NCBI GenBank assembly: GCA_965112155.1
Contig: OZ218108.1
Strand: one strand, 5' to 3'
Length of the DNA stretch: 64,000 nucleotides
Source of the DNA: Podarcis liolepis
Taxonomy: Eukaryota
A model generated the notes under the pieces. It saw nothing but the letters and a program-made list of their open reading frames with translations. It did no database searches and was not told the DNA's origin. Of the stretch, positions 38,125 through 49,572 are shown in pieces (position 1 is the stretch's first letter; each line of letters starts with the position of its first letter). The position numbers were made by a program, and so were the translations under genes.

Positions 38125-38420
38125 TCTCCACCGGCTGCCCATCTACTGCCCAGCCAGGTTCAGGGTCCTTGTCGTTATTTACAAAGCCCTGAACAACTTA
38201 AGGCTCAGGATACTCCAGGGACTGCCTGAACCCTTATATCCCAGCTTGATCACTGAGATCATCTGCAGGAACATCGTTGTTCATTCCCCAAATTGGCAAT
38301 GCTCCTTTGACAAGAAACAGCCTTTAGTGTCATTGGCCCAGTATTGTGGAGTACTCTCCCAACACAGATTCAGCATGTGCTGTCTGTTTCGGAAAACCTT
38401 TCAACTCAGGCTTATGCAGG
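38125..38420 (+). mobile_element. Old L2-clade LINE 3' fragment
   Basis: LHRLPI...RFRVLVVIYKALNN parallels LHWLPVRFRAQFKVLVLTFKALN at ~41900. Confidence 0.65.
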
Positions 38421-38544
38421 GCAAATAAGAGCACATCTTTCCACAAGAGCTAGCGGTTTCTGATTTTCACTTTTTAAATGTGTTTTTTTGTTGTAAGGTT
38501 TTGTTGTGCAATTGTGAACTGCTCTGCTATAATTTATAAATGCA

Positions 38545-38885
38545 GTCTAAACCAGAGCCTAGGGCTTGCAGATCGGAAGGTCGGCGGTTTGAATCCCCGC
38601 GACGGGGTGAGCTCCCGTTGCTCAGTCCCTGCTCCTGCGCACCTAGCAGTTCGAAAGCACGTCATAGTGCAAGTAGATAAATAGGTACCACTCCAGCGGG
38701 AAGGTAAACGGCGTTTCCGTGCGCTGCTCTGGTTTGCCAGAAGCGGCTTAATCACGCTGGACACATGACCTGGAAGCTGTCTGTGGACAAACACCGGCTC
38801 CCTCAGCCAGTAAAGCGAGATGAGCTCTGCAACCCCAGAGTCATCCGTGACTGGACTTACATGGTCAGGGGTACCTTTACCTTTT
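38545..38885 (+). mobile_element. Sauria SINE, slightly 5'-truncated, about 200 bp upstream of the TMEM174 start
   Basis: High similarity to 728-1077 from gtctaaacc to the (accttt) tail. Confidence 0.9.
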
Positions 38886-39084
38886 TATGTATGTATACAT
38901 ATATTTATAAATAAGTAAACAGCTTCCATTACTATTCCCCATGAGATGATTAAGTCCAGAGTCTAATGTTACCCAACTGCGCTATTGTGAACAGAGTTCT
39001 TGTATAACTAGTGCAAACTTGGTCCATCCTACCAAGGACACCCTCCTTCCTAGGCATTCCAGGACAGGTTTGCACAGTAACGGA

Positions 39085-39693
39085 ATGGAGCGCTGTTAAA
39101 GATGCCTTCCCCTGCGTGTTTTCCTCCACTCCTTGTTAGCCGAGCAGTTCTGAACTCATGGTGTCTGATGACCACAAAGCTGGTGCCACACTACTTTTAT
39201 CTGGTGCGTTCTTGGGGCTAGTAGGAATTATATTCACCATGATGGGATGTGCAAAATATGAAAGGGTCATTCGCTTCGAATGGACTCAGTTGCTCGGGCC
39301 TATTGTGCTTTCAGTAGACGTGACTTTTTTGCTGATTGCTGTGTGCATGTTTAAAATGATTGCTTGCAAATCATGCAGCCCAAATGAAGGAACAGCATCT
39401 GACACAGGCCAGACTCCTATTGGACAATCTGTTGTTTTCACTAGGATTAGCCAGGCTATAAACTTCCACGGTGCTACAGTGGTGCAGTACATCCCTCCTT
39501 ATTCAGCCCAGGAAGGTGTTGGCATGAATTTTCATCAAGTATTGAGTCATCCTGGAATTCCTCCATTCTCCAGGCCATTAATTCCCGCTTTGAGCCCTCC
39601 TTGTTACTATAATGTCAACCCCCTGGATAACTCTGCTTTTTCTGCAGATGAAAATTACTCTGCTTATCTTCCTGCAGACACCAGAATTGGAAG
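39085..39693 (+). pseudogene. TMEM174: TMEM174 exon 1, disrupted at the 5' end; residual ORF from ATG 39158
   Basis: VSDDHKAGATLLLSG..LGLVGIIFT..FEWTQLLGP..FHGATVVQYIPP identifies TMEM174. ATG 39085 reads MERC*; the homologous frame VFSSTPC*PSSSELMVSD has TAG at 39137; donor GGAAG|gtaagt. Confidence 0.8.
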
Positions 39694-40408
39694 GTAAGTT
39701 ACTATGTGTAGTACACTGCATTTCAATTGCAAGATCTTTTACATGCACTGGTTAGTGGCGTTAATGAAGCATTGGCGTAGTCTTTGCTCAGACAGAATTT
39801 CAATTACTGACTTGAAATAAGAGCATTGCCCGAAGCAGCAGCCATAACTGGTTCACAGATATTGCCGTTCCAATTAATTAATGATGCGGCATTCATGGAG
39901 CATTTTAATCTTCTATGTGTTGTTTAAAAAAAAAATGTATCTGTTACCTCCGACACAGAATTATTTTAATTTTGTCAAAGTAGCATTAGGAGTGGATTAA
40001 TAGAGATAGATCTCCAGATTTCTACCCCAGAATCTATTTTTCATGCCAGAAACCTGTAATAGTATGGGGAAAAGGTGTTTTTGAGCATATTCAGAATCTG
40101 CTTTCCTCAACACTAAGCAAGCATATCCCCTCCCCTTCCTATGGTCTTGAAAATTAGTTTAGAAGAGCAGATCTGCATTACATGCCCTTATAAGCTCCAC
40201 AGCTGTTCTCACACTGGGACTTTAGCTGTCCCCCAAGAATGCATTGGTTTTTTTGTGACTATCATTCTCTGTAGAGGCAGGCTGTGCAACCTGCATTAAA
40301 GGGGGGTGGAGTTTGGGTTTAAAAATACAACAACCTGCTTTTGTTAGGCACCTGAATTTTTGCTTTTCAGTTTATAAAATTCTTCCTATCCCTTCATCAC
40401 ATTTCCAG

Positions 40409-40512
40409 ATCAGCTGACACTCTCCAAGAACCTGGAGAGATGCTGAATGAAGATATTAACAGTGACGTCTCACCTCCCACCATATGAGAAACTATTTCCA
40501 CAGTGGTTATAA
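40409..40512 (+). pseudogene. TMEM174: TMEM174 exon 2 with +1 frameshift in the terminal PPPY motif
   Basis: ttccag|ATCAGC; reads SADTLQEPGEMLNEDINSDVSPPTI* (TGA 40485-40487). Removing one C at 40476-40478 restores SPPPYEKLFPQWL* (TAA 40510-40512). Confidence 0.8.
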
Positions 40513-41487
40513 ATATCATTTTTAAAAGCATCCCTCACACTTCTGTTTAAGGAACAGAGATTACTTCTTGAAAACATCCACATCCACTTGAACAAGTAGG
40601 AACCAAAGAGACTGAGGATTGTCTACTGAGGTTTTGGCTTGGTGATAAGGTCTTGCTGAGAACAGGTGTTGCTCATTTACTGGGCACCTGAGACAAATGC
40701 AAGTGAGCGTCCTTCCAAATGTGAAACATTTTGCATTTGGCTCCAAATTTTAAAACCACCAGGCTGGTTGGCCTGTTCACCTAGTTTTTCCTGGGCTGTT
40801 GATTTTCTCTATTCTCAGGAGTCAAAGAGTATGTGACTGGTTACTCTTGGGTACTGAATTTTATTCTAGGTCACATGTAAAGCTAACTTACATTAAGCAC
40901 AGGTACTCTTTTTTTCCTTAGTTGCCTAGAATTCCTAAAAACTGTGGTTCAAAAGTATTGCTGTTACCTTGCAGCTGAGAGTACGCAAGGACACTGGTGG
41001 GCTTGTGCAGAGGAACAAATAATATGAATTAGTGCTTCCGTCTGCCCGCAGTGACATACAAATGCCAGGATTTGGCCAGCTGTCATAACCAGACAAATAG
41101 TTCCTATAATTGGCTCTTCCCTGTCTTCCTGTCCAGGTCAGAAGTCCACCAGCAGTTTTGCATGGTGCTGACAGCTGCCACCACTTGGTGAAGAAGGCTC
41201 TGCACCAGGTCAGTTTTATCAAAGTGTGCCTTGTTGCACTCTTGTTTTGCTGCTCCTGTGATTTTATTTAGTGCTATGGGTTTCGTTTAATCATTGTAAT
41301 GATCTATCTACTGTTTTAAATTGTAATATTTTATGAAACCTGCCCTGAGACCTTTTGGAAAAGGACAGGCTATAAGTATTAATTTGTATAGGAGAAATGG
41401 GGGGAGTGGAGGAGGTGCCTACTGAACATAAATATAGCATGAGAGAGGCACGAGGACAGAAAAGCATGAGGACAATGTCTATGTCTA

Positions 41488-42275
41488 TGATTGAGGTTGA
41501 ATCCTGACAAGACAGAAGTACTGTTTTTGGGGGACAGGGGGTGGGCGGGTGTGGGGGATTCCCTGGTCCTGAAGGCGGTAGCTGTGCCCCTGAAGGACCA
41601 GGTGCGCAGCCTGGGAGTCATTTTGGACTCACAGCTGTCCATGGAGGCACAGGTTAATTCTGTGTCCAGGGCAGCTGTCTACCAGCTCCACCTGGTACGC
41701 AGGCTAAGACCCTACCTGCCCGCAGACTGTCTCACCAGAGTGGTGCATGCTCTAGTTATCTCCCGCTTGGACTACTGCAACGCGCTCTACGTGGGGCTAC
41801 CTTTGAAGGTGACCCGGAAACTGCAATTAATCCAGAATGCAGCAGCTAGACTGGTGACTGGGAGTGGCCGCCGGGACCACATGACACCGGTTCTGAAAGA
41901 TCTGCATTGGCTCCCAGTACGTTTCCGAGCACAATTCAAAGTGTTGGTGCTGACCTTTAAAGCCCTAAACAGCCTCGGTCCTGTAGACCTGAAGGAGCGT
42001 CTCCACCCCCATCGTTCTGCCCGGACACTGAAATCCAGCGCCGAGGGCCTTCTGGCGGTTCCCTCATTGCGAGAAGTAAGGTTACAGGGAACCAGGCAGA
42101 GGGCCTTCTCGGTAGTGGCGCCTGCCCTGTGGAACGCCCTCCCAGCAGATGTCAAAGCAATAAACAACTATTTTACTTTTAAAAGACAACTGAAGGCAGC
42201 CCTCTTTAGGGAAGTTTTTAATGTCTGATGCTGTACTGTTTTTAATATTCAGTTGGAAGCCGCCCAGAGTGGCTG
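41488..42275 (+). mobile_element. Young 5'-truncated L2-clade LINE with an open ORF2 C-terminal region (41491-42228)
   Basis: 245 open codons with LNPDKTEVL, LGVILDSQL, SRLDYCNALY, QNAAARLV, LHWLPV and AFSVVAPALWNALP, all L2 ORF2 motifs. Confidence 0.92.
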
Positions 42276-42305
42276 CTGCTGCTGCTGCTGCTTCTTCTTC
42301 TTCTT

Positions 42306-42336
<31 letters not shown>

Positions 42337-42361
42337 TTATTATTATTATTATTATTATTAT
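42272..42361. repeat. Compound microsatellite (GCT)n(TCT)n(TAT)n
   Basis: Direct reading; abuts the L2 3' end. Confidence 0.92.
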
Positions 42362-44109
42362 GTGCTAATCCACAGAGCATGTGAAGTAAGCAAGGCGAAT
42401 TCGAATTCCTAGGGTTGTGTCTGATGGAAGTAATTACGTGAGCAGGATGACTTCTACTTGCACAATAGAACTTTTCCTCTCCTCCATCACCTCCCCTCCA
42501 GCCTCCCCCCAAATCTGCTCTTAGGACTCCCTTAACCCTCCAAAGCAAATTTGGGGGAATGAAGGGGAAACACATGGAGGAGAGGGAGGGTAACTGCCCT
42601 TCTGCAGTGAATTGAGGTGCATTCAGACATGGGAAATGTTGTGTTAGTTTTCCTGGTTATAATATTCTCCTATTCCTGTCATACTGCAGTACCTGTTGTG
42701 TTATGAAACTGCGGCTTTTTGACTGACACACCTGCCTGTTATGCTAAATTTCTTTCACACCAATCAATATATTTGGACTATGTCACTATGCCACCATGCT
42801 TTCCTTACATGTGCTTCTGTTCCCCCATGATCTCTACATGAAACCAGCAGAATAGAGCAGTATGCAGCCCCACAGGAACCTTAGCCTTATTCCCAAAGCA
42901 CTAAACTATGGCTTAGAGTCACATCCAAGCCCTGAGATGTTGGGACAATTGCAGGATCTTTCAGAGGTTAGAACAGGACACACATGATTCTGTTAAGGAA
43001 AGCCACAGTAAGTGGCTCTCTACTTGCGGTCTTCCCTGCTAAGAGACTGCAGTTTGATTTCACATACACAAGTCTGTTAGATAAAAAATAATAACATTGG
43101 GAACCTAGGAGAGTTGATCTATTAAAAATGCTTAGCTGCCCATCTCTTTCCCTTTCTTCTCTGCCCTGAGAAATCTTAAGAAGTATCAGAGTTGGGCCAT
43201 ATTTCCCAAGGATTGTAAGAGAGTTATCTAAGAATGACTGAGCTGCTTGCAATATGCATTTAGGTGTGTTTTGGAATATGAGCTCAAGCAGTCTATTCAT
43301 ACTGTTCCTTATCTCAGAAGAAGAACTGCAGGCCCCTCCTTTGTCTGGTGAAACTATTGAGGAACCGCTCTGGGTCTCAGACTTCCTTGGCATTACTGCC
43401 AATGAACACCAGGGAGCAGGAGAGAGATGCAACTGCAGGAACCAAACCCTGGCTGCTGCTGGGAGTTTGTAGGTGATAACTGAGATAAGTTGCTTATCTT
43501 CTTCACTTAACAACTGCTGAGCCAATAGGGAGGTGACCTCTGTTTCCGCTTGCCCTAAACAGCTTTCTCTTCAAATTTTATAATGGGACAGTCCATAAAG
43601 TTGACTCTCTTGTCACAATTTGCCACTGCCGTCTCCATACACACAATTCAGCTGCTCTCCAAGCCCAAATCCTGCATAGCATGACCCTCCACCACATATC
43701 TGTAGTTGCTGTAAAATACAAATCCACATGGGAGTCAGGACTCAATCTGTACCAGGGTCCCTGCATCTCGTTTCACTACTAGGACTCGGTTTTGGAACAT
43801 ATCAAACCAGAACAAAGTGCCCTTGAACAGCTGAAGAGTGCGTGCATTTACCTCATCACTCCATAATACAAGTGTCAGGACTTTCTTTTCTTTTAATGTG
43901 CAACCAGGTTCAGGACCTGGGAGTTTGGAATGGTATCCCTCGTTCTCTTGGACAAGATGTTATTTTCTGGAACTACACTATTCTGAGTCTGGTTGAACAT
44001 TTAAAAAAACCCTTAGCACACATCAGGAATTGCAGTGGTGGAGAGGCTTGAAAATCAGAAGGTGGCATTCGTATCCAGGCCAACTTGCAAAACAAAGCAC
44101 TGTTTGGAG

Positions 44110-44513
44110 TAGTGGTTTTTAACCAGTGTGCCGTGGCACCCTATGGTGCCTCGAATGATGGTCAGGGGTGCCGCAGGCAACACAGGCCTCTGTCCCTCTT
44201 TCTTTCCCTCCCTCCTCTGATGCCCTCTTGTGTCTCTGCCTCCCAAGGGCTTGTGTGGCTGTTTGTTGCAGCAGCTCTGGCGACGAGGGTGTCCGGAGAA
44301 CCCCCAAGGAGAGGGCAGGGGAGAGGAGAGGAGTCTGAGGGAACACTCCACAAGGGAGGGTGTTCAAAAAGGATTGAGAAGCTGCCTGCTCTGCAGGCAA
44401 GGGGTGGCACAACTGGGCTTCTGAGGCTCAGAGCGCTTTTCCCCACAGGGGAACCGCAGAAAGAATGTTGTTGGTCAAGGGAGCCATGGACTCAAAAAGG
44501 TTGAAAACCTCTG
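44110..44513. mobile_element. Older hAT (Charlie-type) MITE
   Basis: Ends tagtggtttttaacc / ggttgaaaacctctg; degenerate 8-bp TSD gtttggag / ctatggag. Confidence 0.7.
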
Positions 44514-46984
44514 CTATGGAGGAACTGTGAGGTGGAGCCTCTCTTGCTGCCTCCTCACACCAATTTTGCCACAGCTCCTTAAGGACAAAATAAACCCACA
44601 GCCTCCCATTGCCACCAGAGGGTTTTTTTTGTCCTAATGACTTTTGTTTCCATTTTCCCTGAAGCATGGTGTACAATTGACTCAATCAAATTTACTTTTA
44701 GTCAAATTAAAAAATAAAAACAGCTTGGTATTATTTTTAACAGTAGTTTCCCATGTTTGCAAGGAAACACACTGGAGTCCGATTAGGGAAATCCCCTCTC
44801 CAGGGGCTTCTGTATTCAGTGGTATTTCAAGCTCATGCTATATTCTCAACAATTGCTGCCACTCAGAATTTTTCTGGGCAGAGCATATAAAGAATAGTCA
44901 AAGACACTCTTTGCAAAGCAGCCTCATGAAAACACACATGATTCCTGGCAGTCCTTAAAATAGTTAATTTCATCTTCCTCTACTTTAAGCCCAATAATCT
45001 GCAAACTGCGACTGATGCATTAGAGATTTACAGCTACCATAATTTATGTCATAGTAGATCACAAATCCTTTTTTTCCTTTTCTCCTTCCCTCCCCCTGGC
45101 CCCCGCTCATCGCGTTCCATCCTTTTAAACAATATTTGGCAAGAGCCCACTGCTATGGAAACTGGACTGTTTTACATTAGTCAGTAGTACATTTAATCAT
45201 TCCTCCGAAATGATTTACTATGGATTACAAATTCTTATATGGCATTTTAAGTTAATGATTAGACAAGTAATAGATCATCAGCATGATTGGTCACATATGG
45301 GTTGTACTTGTGTAGCGGGGAGATTACAACACAACTTTTTTGGTTCTGCAGAATTTTGCTGTTTGTAGTCATGCTGGATCAACAGAATGAGAAACACAGC
45401 CCTCCCCCTGTTCCCACCACCCATTTCTGTGCAGGAACTGTTTCTCCAGTGAAGGATTCCCCAAAAGGTGTAATGCACATGTGAATACTTCAGACACATA
45501 GGGACCCTGGAGTAGGAGAATTCAGAGGGTAGCTGTGATTCTTCTAGATTAAATTATCCTTTGGATCCCTTCCAACTCTACTGCTCCATTATTCTATTGC
45601 TCCATTATATGCAAGGTGTGTACAGTTCTCCACCAGGAAGCACCACCTCAGCTTCTATAACTTTTGTAACTTTAAATAAAGATCTATGAAATCATGCCAG
45701 TGCAAACATTACCCCAGTACAGACAGCACAGATACTTGCACAGCTGCATTTGTGTGAACAGAAGCAAACTGCATTAAATCAGAGGTGGGGAACTTCTCAT
45801 TCCCCCACCCACCACTGGACAACTTTGACAGTTGTGAGGAACCACTCAACTGTCAATCACCTGACATCATAATGACATCAAGTGATTGACACCTGCCCAA
45901 GTCCAAAGGAGATAGCTGTAACAGTGTATGTGTTCAAAGCAGAAAGGAAACTGTAATGCACCGCCTTACAATACTAATGAAAATTGTTTTATCATAACTG
46001 CTTTGTGATATACATTTATAATAAAACACCTGTGATAGGTTGATATGCATGGACAGAGTTGTCTCTAGTGTGCAGAGCAAAGTCCATGTCAGACATTTCC
46101 TCTTTTTTTCCGGCTCTTCCTTCTCCATCCTTTTAAAGGCATGTGCAGCACAATCATACAAACATGTTTACTCAGAAATAAGCCCCACTAAATTCAATGG
46201 GACTTATTTCCAAGTAAGTACTATGCAAAGGACTGTGACCTTAGGAAACAAGCCAGAGAACCTATCTTTGCTGTGGATGACATTAAGGTTTCATATTCCT
46301 ATCTGCTGTGTAATTTCATCTCAGCTTTTAGTCTTCCAAAAGACCACATCCTGGGCCAAACAACTCCTTTCTCCTAACTGCATCCTAAACTGTACCAACA
46401 AGGGAATCGGTTTTGCATTAACGATCACGGTATTAAAGACCGTGTTTGCAAAAGAGATCATGGGCATGTCATCCTTTGGGAAACAATCACTTTCCTTGTA
46501 CTTTGTTCTCCATCTCCAGCATGTTTTAAAAGAAAGGCATTGATTTACGTAGCTGTTATGGAACAACAATCAGCCGTGAGCAAACCCACAGCCACCACCT
46601 TCAGTCTGGAGAGATCTTATGTCCAGCTCCTTACATATCACCTCTATTAAATTATCCACGGACAAATGCAATTTGCGGATGGAATGCTCTGGTAAACACA
46701 TTTAGATTATCCTATTTGCCGGGCCGTAATAATATAGGATGGGGGGGGGGCTGTGATACTGTGCATGTATTAATCTGGGTCCCAGCTGCCTTCATCTGTC
46801 TCCCCACCCCCGGATGTGGCTTCTCTAATGAAGCTCGCATGCCATTGTATACATTACAGCTCCAGAGTGTAATTTTAGTCAGTTGTTTTGATGAATTTCA
46901 CGGTCCCCATCTGATCTGCATTTGTCTACACGGAAATCGTAGCCCTGGATTAATTTTGGTCGAAAAGCTCTTTCTAGTCGATCT

Positions 46985-47610
46985 TCTCAGCCGCGAGGAT
47001 GGGCGGCCGCCGGAGGAAAAGGGGCAGCTTTTCGCACGGACCTCCCCGCCTCGCCCTGTCCCCGCGGGATCAAGGATGAGGAGCAGGCAGGGCTCCCGCC
47101 TCCCTCCCGAGGCCGGCCGGACACGTCCCTCCCCCCCTCTCCCAGTAAGGTCCTCCCTCGCGTCCGCAAGCCCTTCCCCGCTTGCGTGCCTCCGGCTGCT
47201 CGCTTTCCCACGGGCTGCCCCTGATCCTGGCGTCAGAGGCCGCCGCGCTGATGGGAGCTGACGCGTCCCCTTTGCGCGCGCGCGCGCGCTCACGCATCTT
47301 GGCAGCGGCTGGCTGGAGCGCGCTGCTGGGTGGGAGTGGGGCTGGAGGAGAAGGGCCTGGTCCCCCTCCTTGGCCTGGGCGGCGAGGTATCCCCCACGGC
47401 CCCACCTGGCTTGGCTTGCAGACGTCCGGCCTAGGGTGGAAAGAAGGGCGAGGCCTTTGCGGGCTGGAGTCGCCCGCCTTCCCGTCTCCGCTTCGCCCCC
47501 AAGGTCGTTTCTTGGGCCCAGGGCGCCGCCCTCGCCACCTGCTGCAGCTCGCCTTCGTGGCCGCTGTGCAAAAGCCGCCTAGAGTGGACGAGAGAGGCGG
47601 CCCTTGGGGG
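46985..47610. promoter_or_regulatory. Orphan CpG island containing a (GC)8 tract at 47274-47289
   Basis: CpG-dense, non-repetitive, no TIR or TSD seen; not attributable to FCHO2, TMEM171 or TMEM174. Confidence 0.7.
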
Positions 47611-47736
47611 TATTATTATTATTATTACTATTACTATTATTAACTTGCCCTAAGGTCACAGGGAGGGATACAACAATTAAAACACAATCAGAAAAAGAAG
47701 GTGGGTGATGCACAACTCGAGTGTCAACAGCCCCGA

Positions 47737-48013
47737 TTCTCCTATAGAATCATAAACTAAAGGAAGCTGAAAGTGAACAGTATTCTCCTCAAGGATCTAC
47801 AATTCCCACAGTGGTTTAACCTTCAGTTGTTCATAGAGAGACCGGTTTTGAGCTGTGATATTCAAAATATTGACACTGTGACCTGTTCTGCTGACTAGGA
47901 ATGATTTTCTCAACCAAAGGCTTCATACTGCCTGCATTTTTAGAAACTCGATGTTTAACAATCCATCTTGAGTCTTTCTTTGGCCTTTCTTCCTCTCTGC
48001 TGACTTCAATAAA
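47737..48013 (+). repeat. Local direct duplication, copy A (copy B at 51220-51258 plus 52705-52948)
   Basis: Long shared blocks such as gactaggaatgattttctcaaccaaaggcttcatactgcctgcattt and ggcctttcttcctctctgctgacttcaataaa. Confidence 0.85.
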
Positions 48014-48599
48014 TCCGCACTTCCATTTGTCCCTTGATTTCTAGTCACGGGTCCATGAGGCTCTCTATTTTTGACTCACTTTCCTTTGGAAGACATGCTG
48101 TTTGCTGCTGATTGGAACAAAGCATCACTCCGCAGAAAACCCAAATGCAAGTAAAAGAAATTGCAGGCCAAGCAGAAATGTGGGTGAGCCGTCACTGAAA
48201 GCTGTCTGATGAAGATGCCAGGTGCCCATCTGTGGGAGAACGGTGGACCCAATCCTCCCTTGAAGGCGCCTGCCCTCCCAGGAGGAGGCGCCTGGAGTTG
48301 GTGGTTGTGGGGTGGGGTGGGGCTCCTAATGGCAGGGGCAGGTCTCCCTGCTCTTTTCAGCCTCTGCTGTAGGGCAGGGGGATGGAGGAAAGTTTGCTAT
48401 TTACTGCTTACTGTCTGATCCACTGAGTGGCTGTTTTTCCTTCAAAGTAAAATTCACTTTGCTAAGCACACTTTAAGCACTTTAAGGACAACTGAACAGT
48501 GTGCTTTCGAGATTGTAGTTTGCCCTTCAGTAAGTCAGCTCCATAGCTTAACTTGTCAGTTGGCTGTGAAGCTGTATAGGCCTTTGTATGCTACTAGTA

Positions 48600-48960
48600 C
48601 CAGCACCAGCCAGGTAGTTAATTGGCAGCGAATGCAATTTTTTCAGCAGAGAATATTCTACCCCAATGAGAAGTCAAGCCACCACATTTTGCATTAGCTG
48701 CAGTTTCTAGGTCAGCTTCAAGGACAATCTCACATAGAGTGCATTGCAGTAATACAATCTGGAGGTTACCAGCACATGGAAGACAGTGATCATGCGATCC
48801 CGATCTAGAAATGATTGAAGCTGTCTTACCAACTGAAGCAGTCAGAAGCACTTCTAGTCACTGATGTGCTAGACAACAGAGATGGATCCTGGAGCACCTC
48901 CCGACCATGAACCTGCTCCTCCAGGGGGAGTACAACTCCATTTAAAGCAAGCAATTGGCC
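48600..48960 (-). mobile_element. Old L2-clade LINE fragment
   Basis: Minus strand gives HVLVTSRLYYCNALY, a degenerate SRLDYCNALY motif. Boundaries approximate. Confidence 0.6.
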
Positions 48961-49351
48961 AGTTATCTGGTACAGTCACCAGACCAGGGCTTACAAGGAC
49001 TCTCTTTTTTAGATGTTTCAGAGAAATAGAGCTGAGAGCTTATCCAAACTACCTCCTAACCTGCTGCTTTCCACTGCCTCACCAGGGGAGGCCACTCTTT
49101 AGTGCTTAATCGGAACAAGCAGTAATTCATCTTTCCCCCCCAATTGCCATTTGTTCTGATCTGTCACTAAAGAGCAGGTTTTCCCTTGGAAAGGAATGTT
49201 AGAATCATAGAATTGTAGTGTTGGAAGGGACCACGTGGGTCATCTAGGGGGAAACCGCTTGGAGTCATTCACGGCACAGGCGGAAGTGTGAACCAGCCCT
49301 AAGTGTCATTAGTGTACTGATGCTGCCTCTGCCCAAATATATGAATGTTTA

Positions 49352-49572
49352 CAGTGGTACCTCAGGTTGCATACACTTCAGGTTACATATGCTTCAGGTT
49401 ACAGACTCCACTAAGAAATAGTGCTTCAGGTTAAGAACTTTGCTTCAGGATGAGAACAGAAATCGTGCTCCGGCGGCAGCAGGAGGCCCCATTAGCTAAA
49501 GTGGTTAAGAACAGTTTCAGGTTAAGTACAGATCTCCGGAACGAATTAAGTACTTAACCTGAGGTACCACTG
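49352..49572. mobile_element. Tigger-type MITE
   Basis: TIRs cagtggtacctcaggtt / aacctgaggtaccactg; TA TSD; internal ttcaggtta repeats. Confidence 0.9.

Noticed and set aside
47270-47297. ATGCGTGAG (MRE...) as an alpha-tubulin start
   Set aside because: It continues RARARKG rather than CISIH; no tubulin similarity follows.
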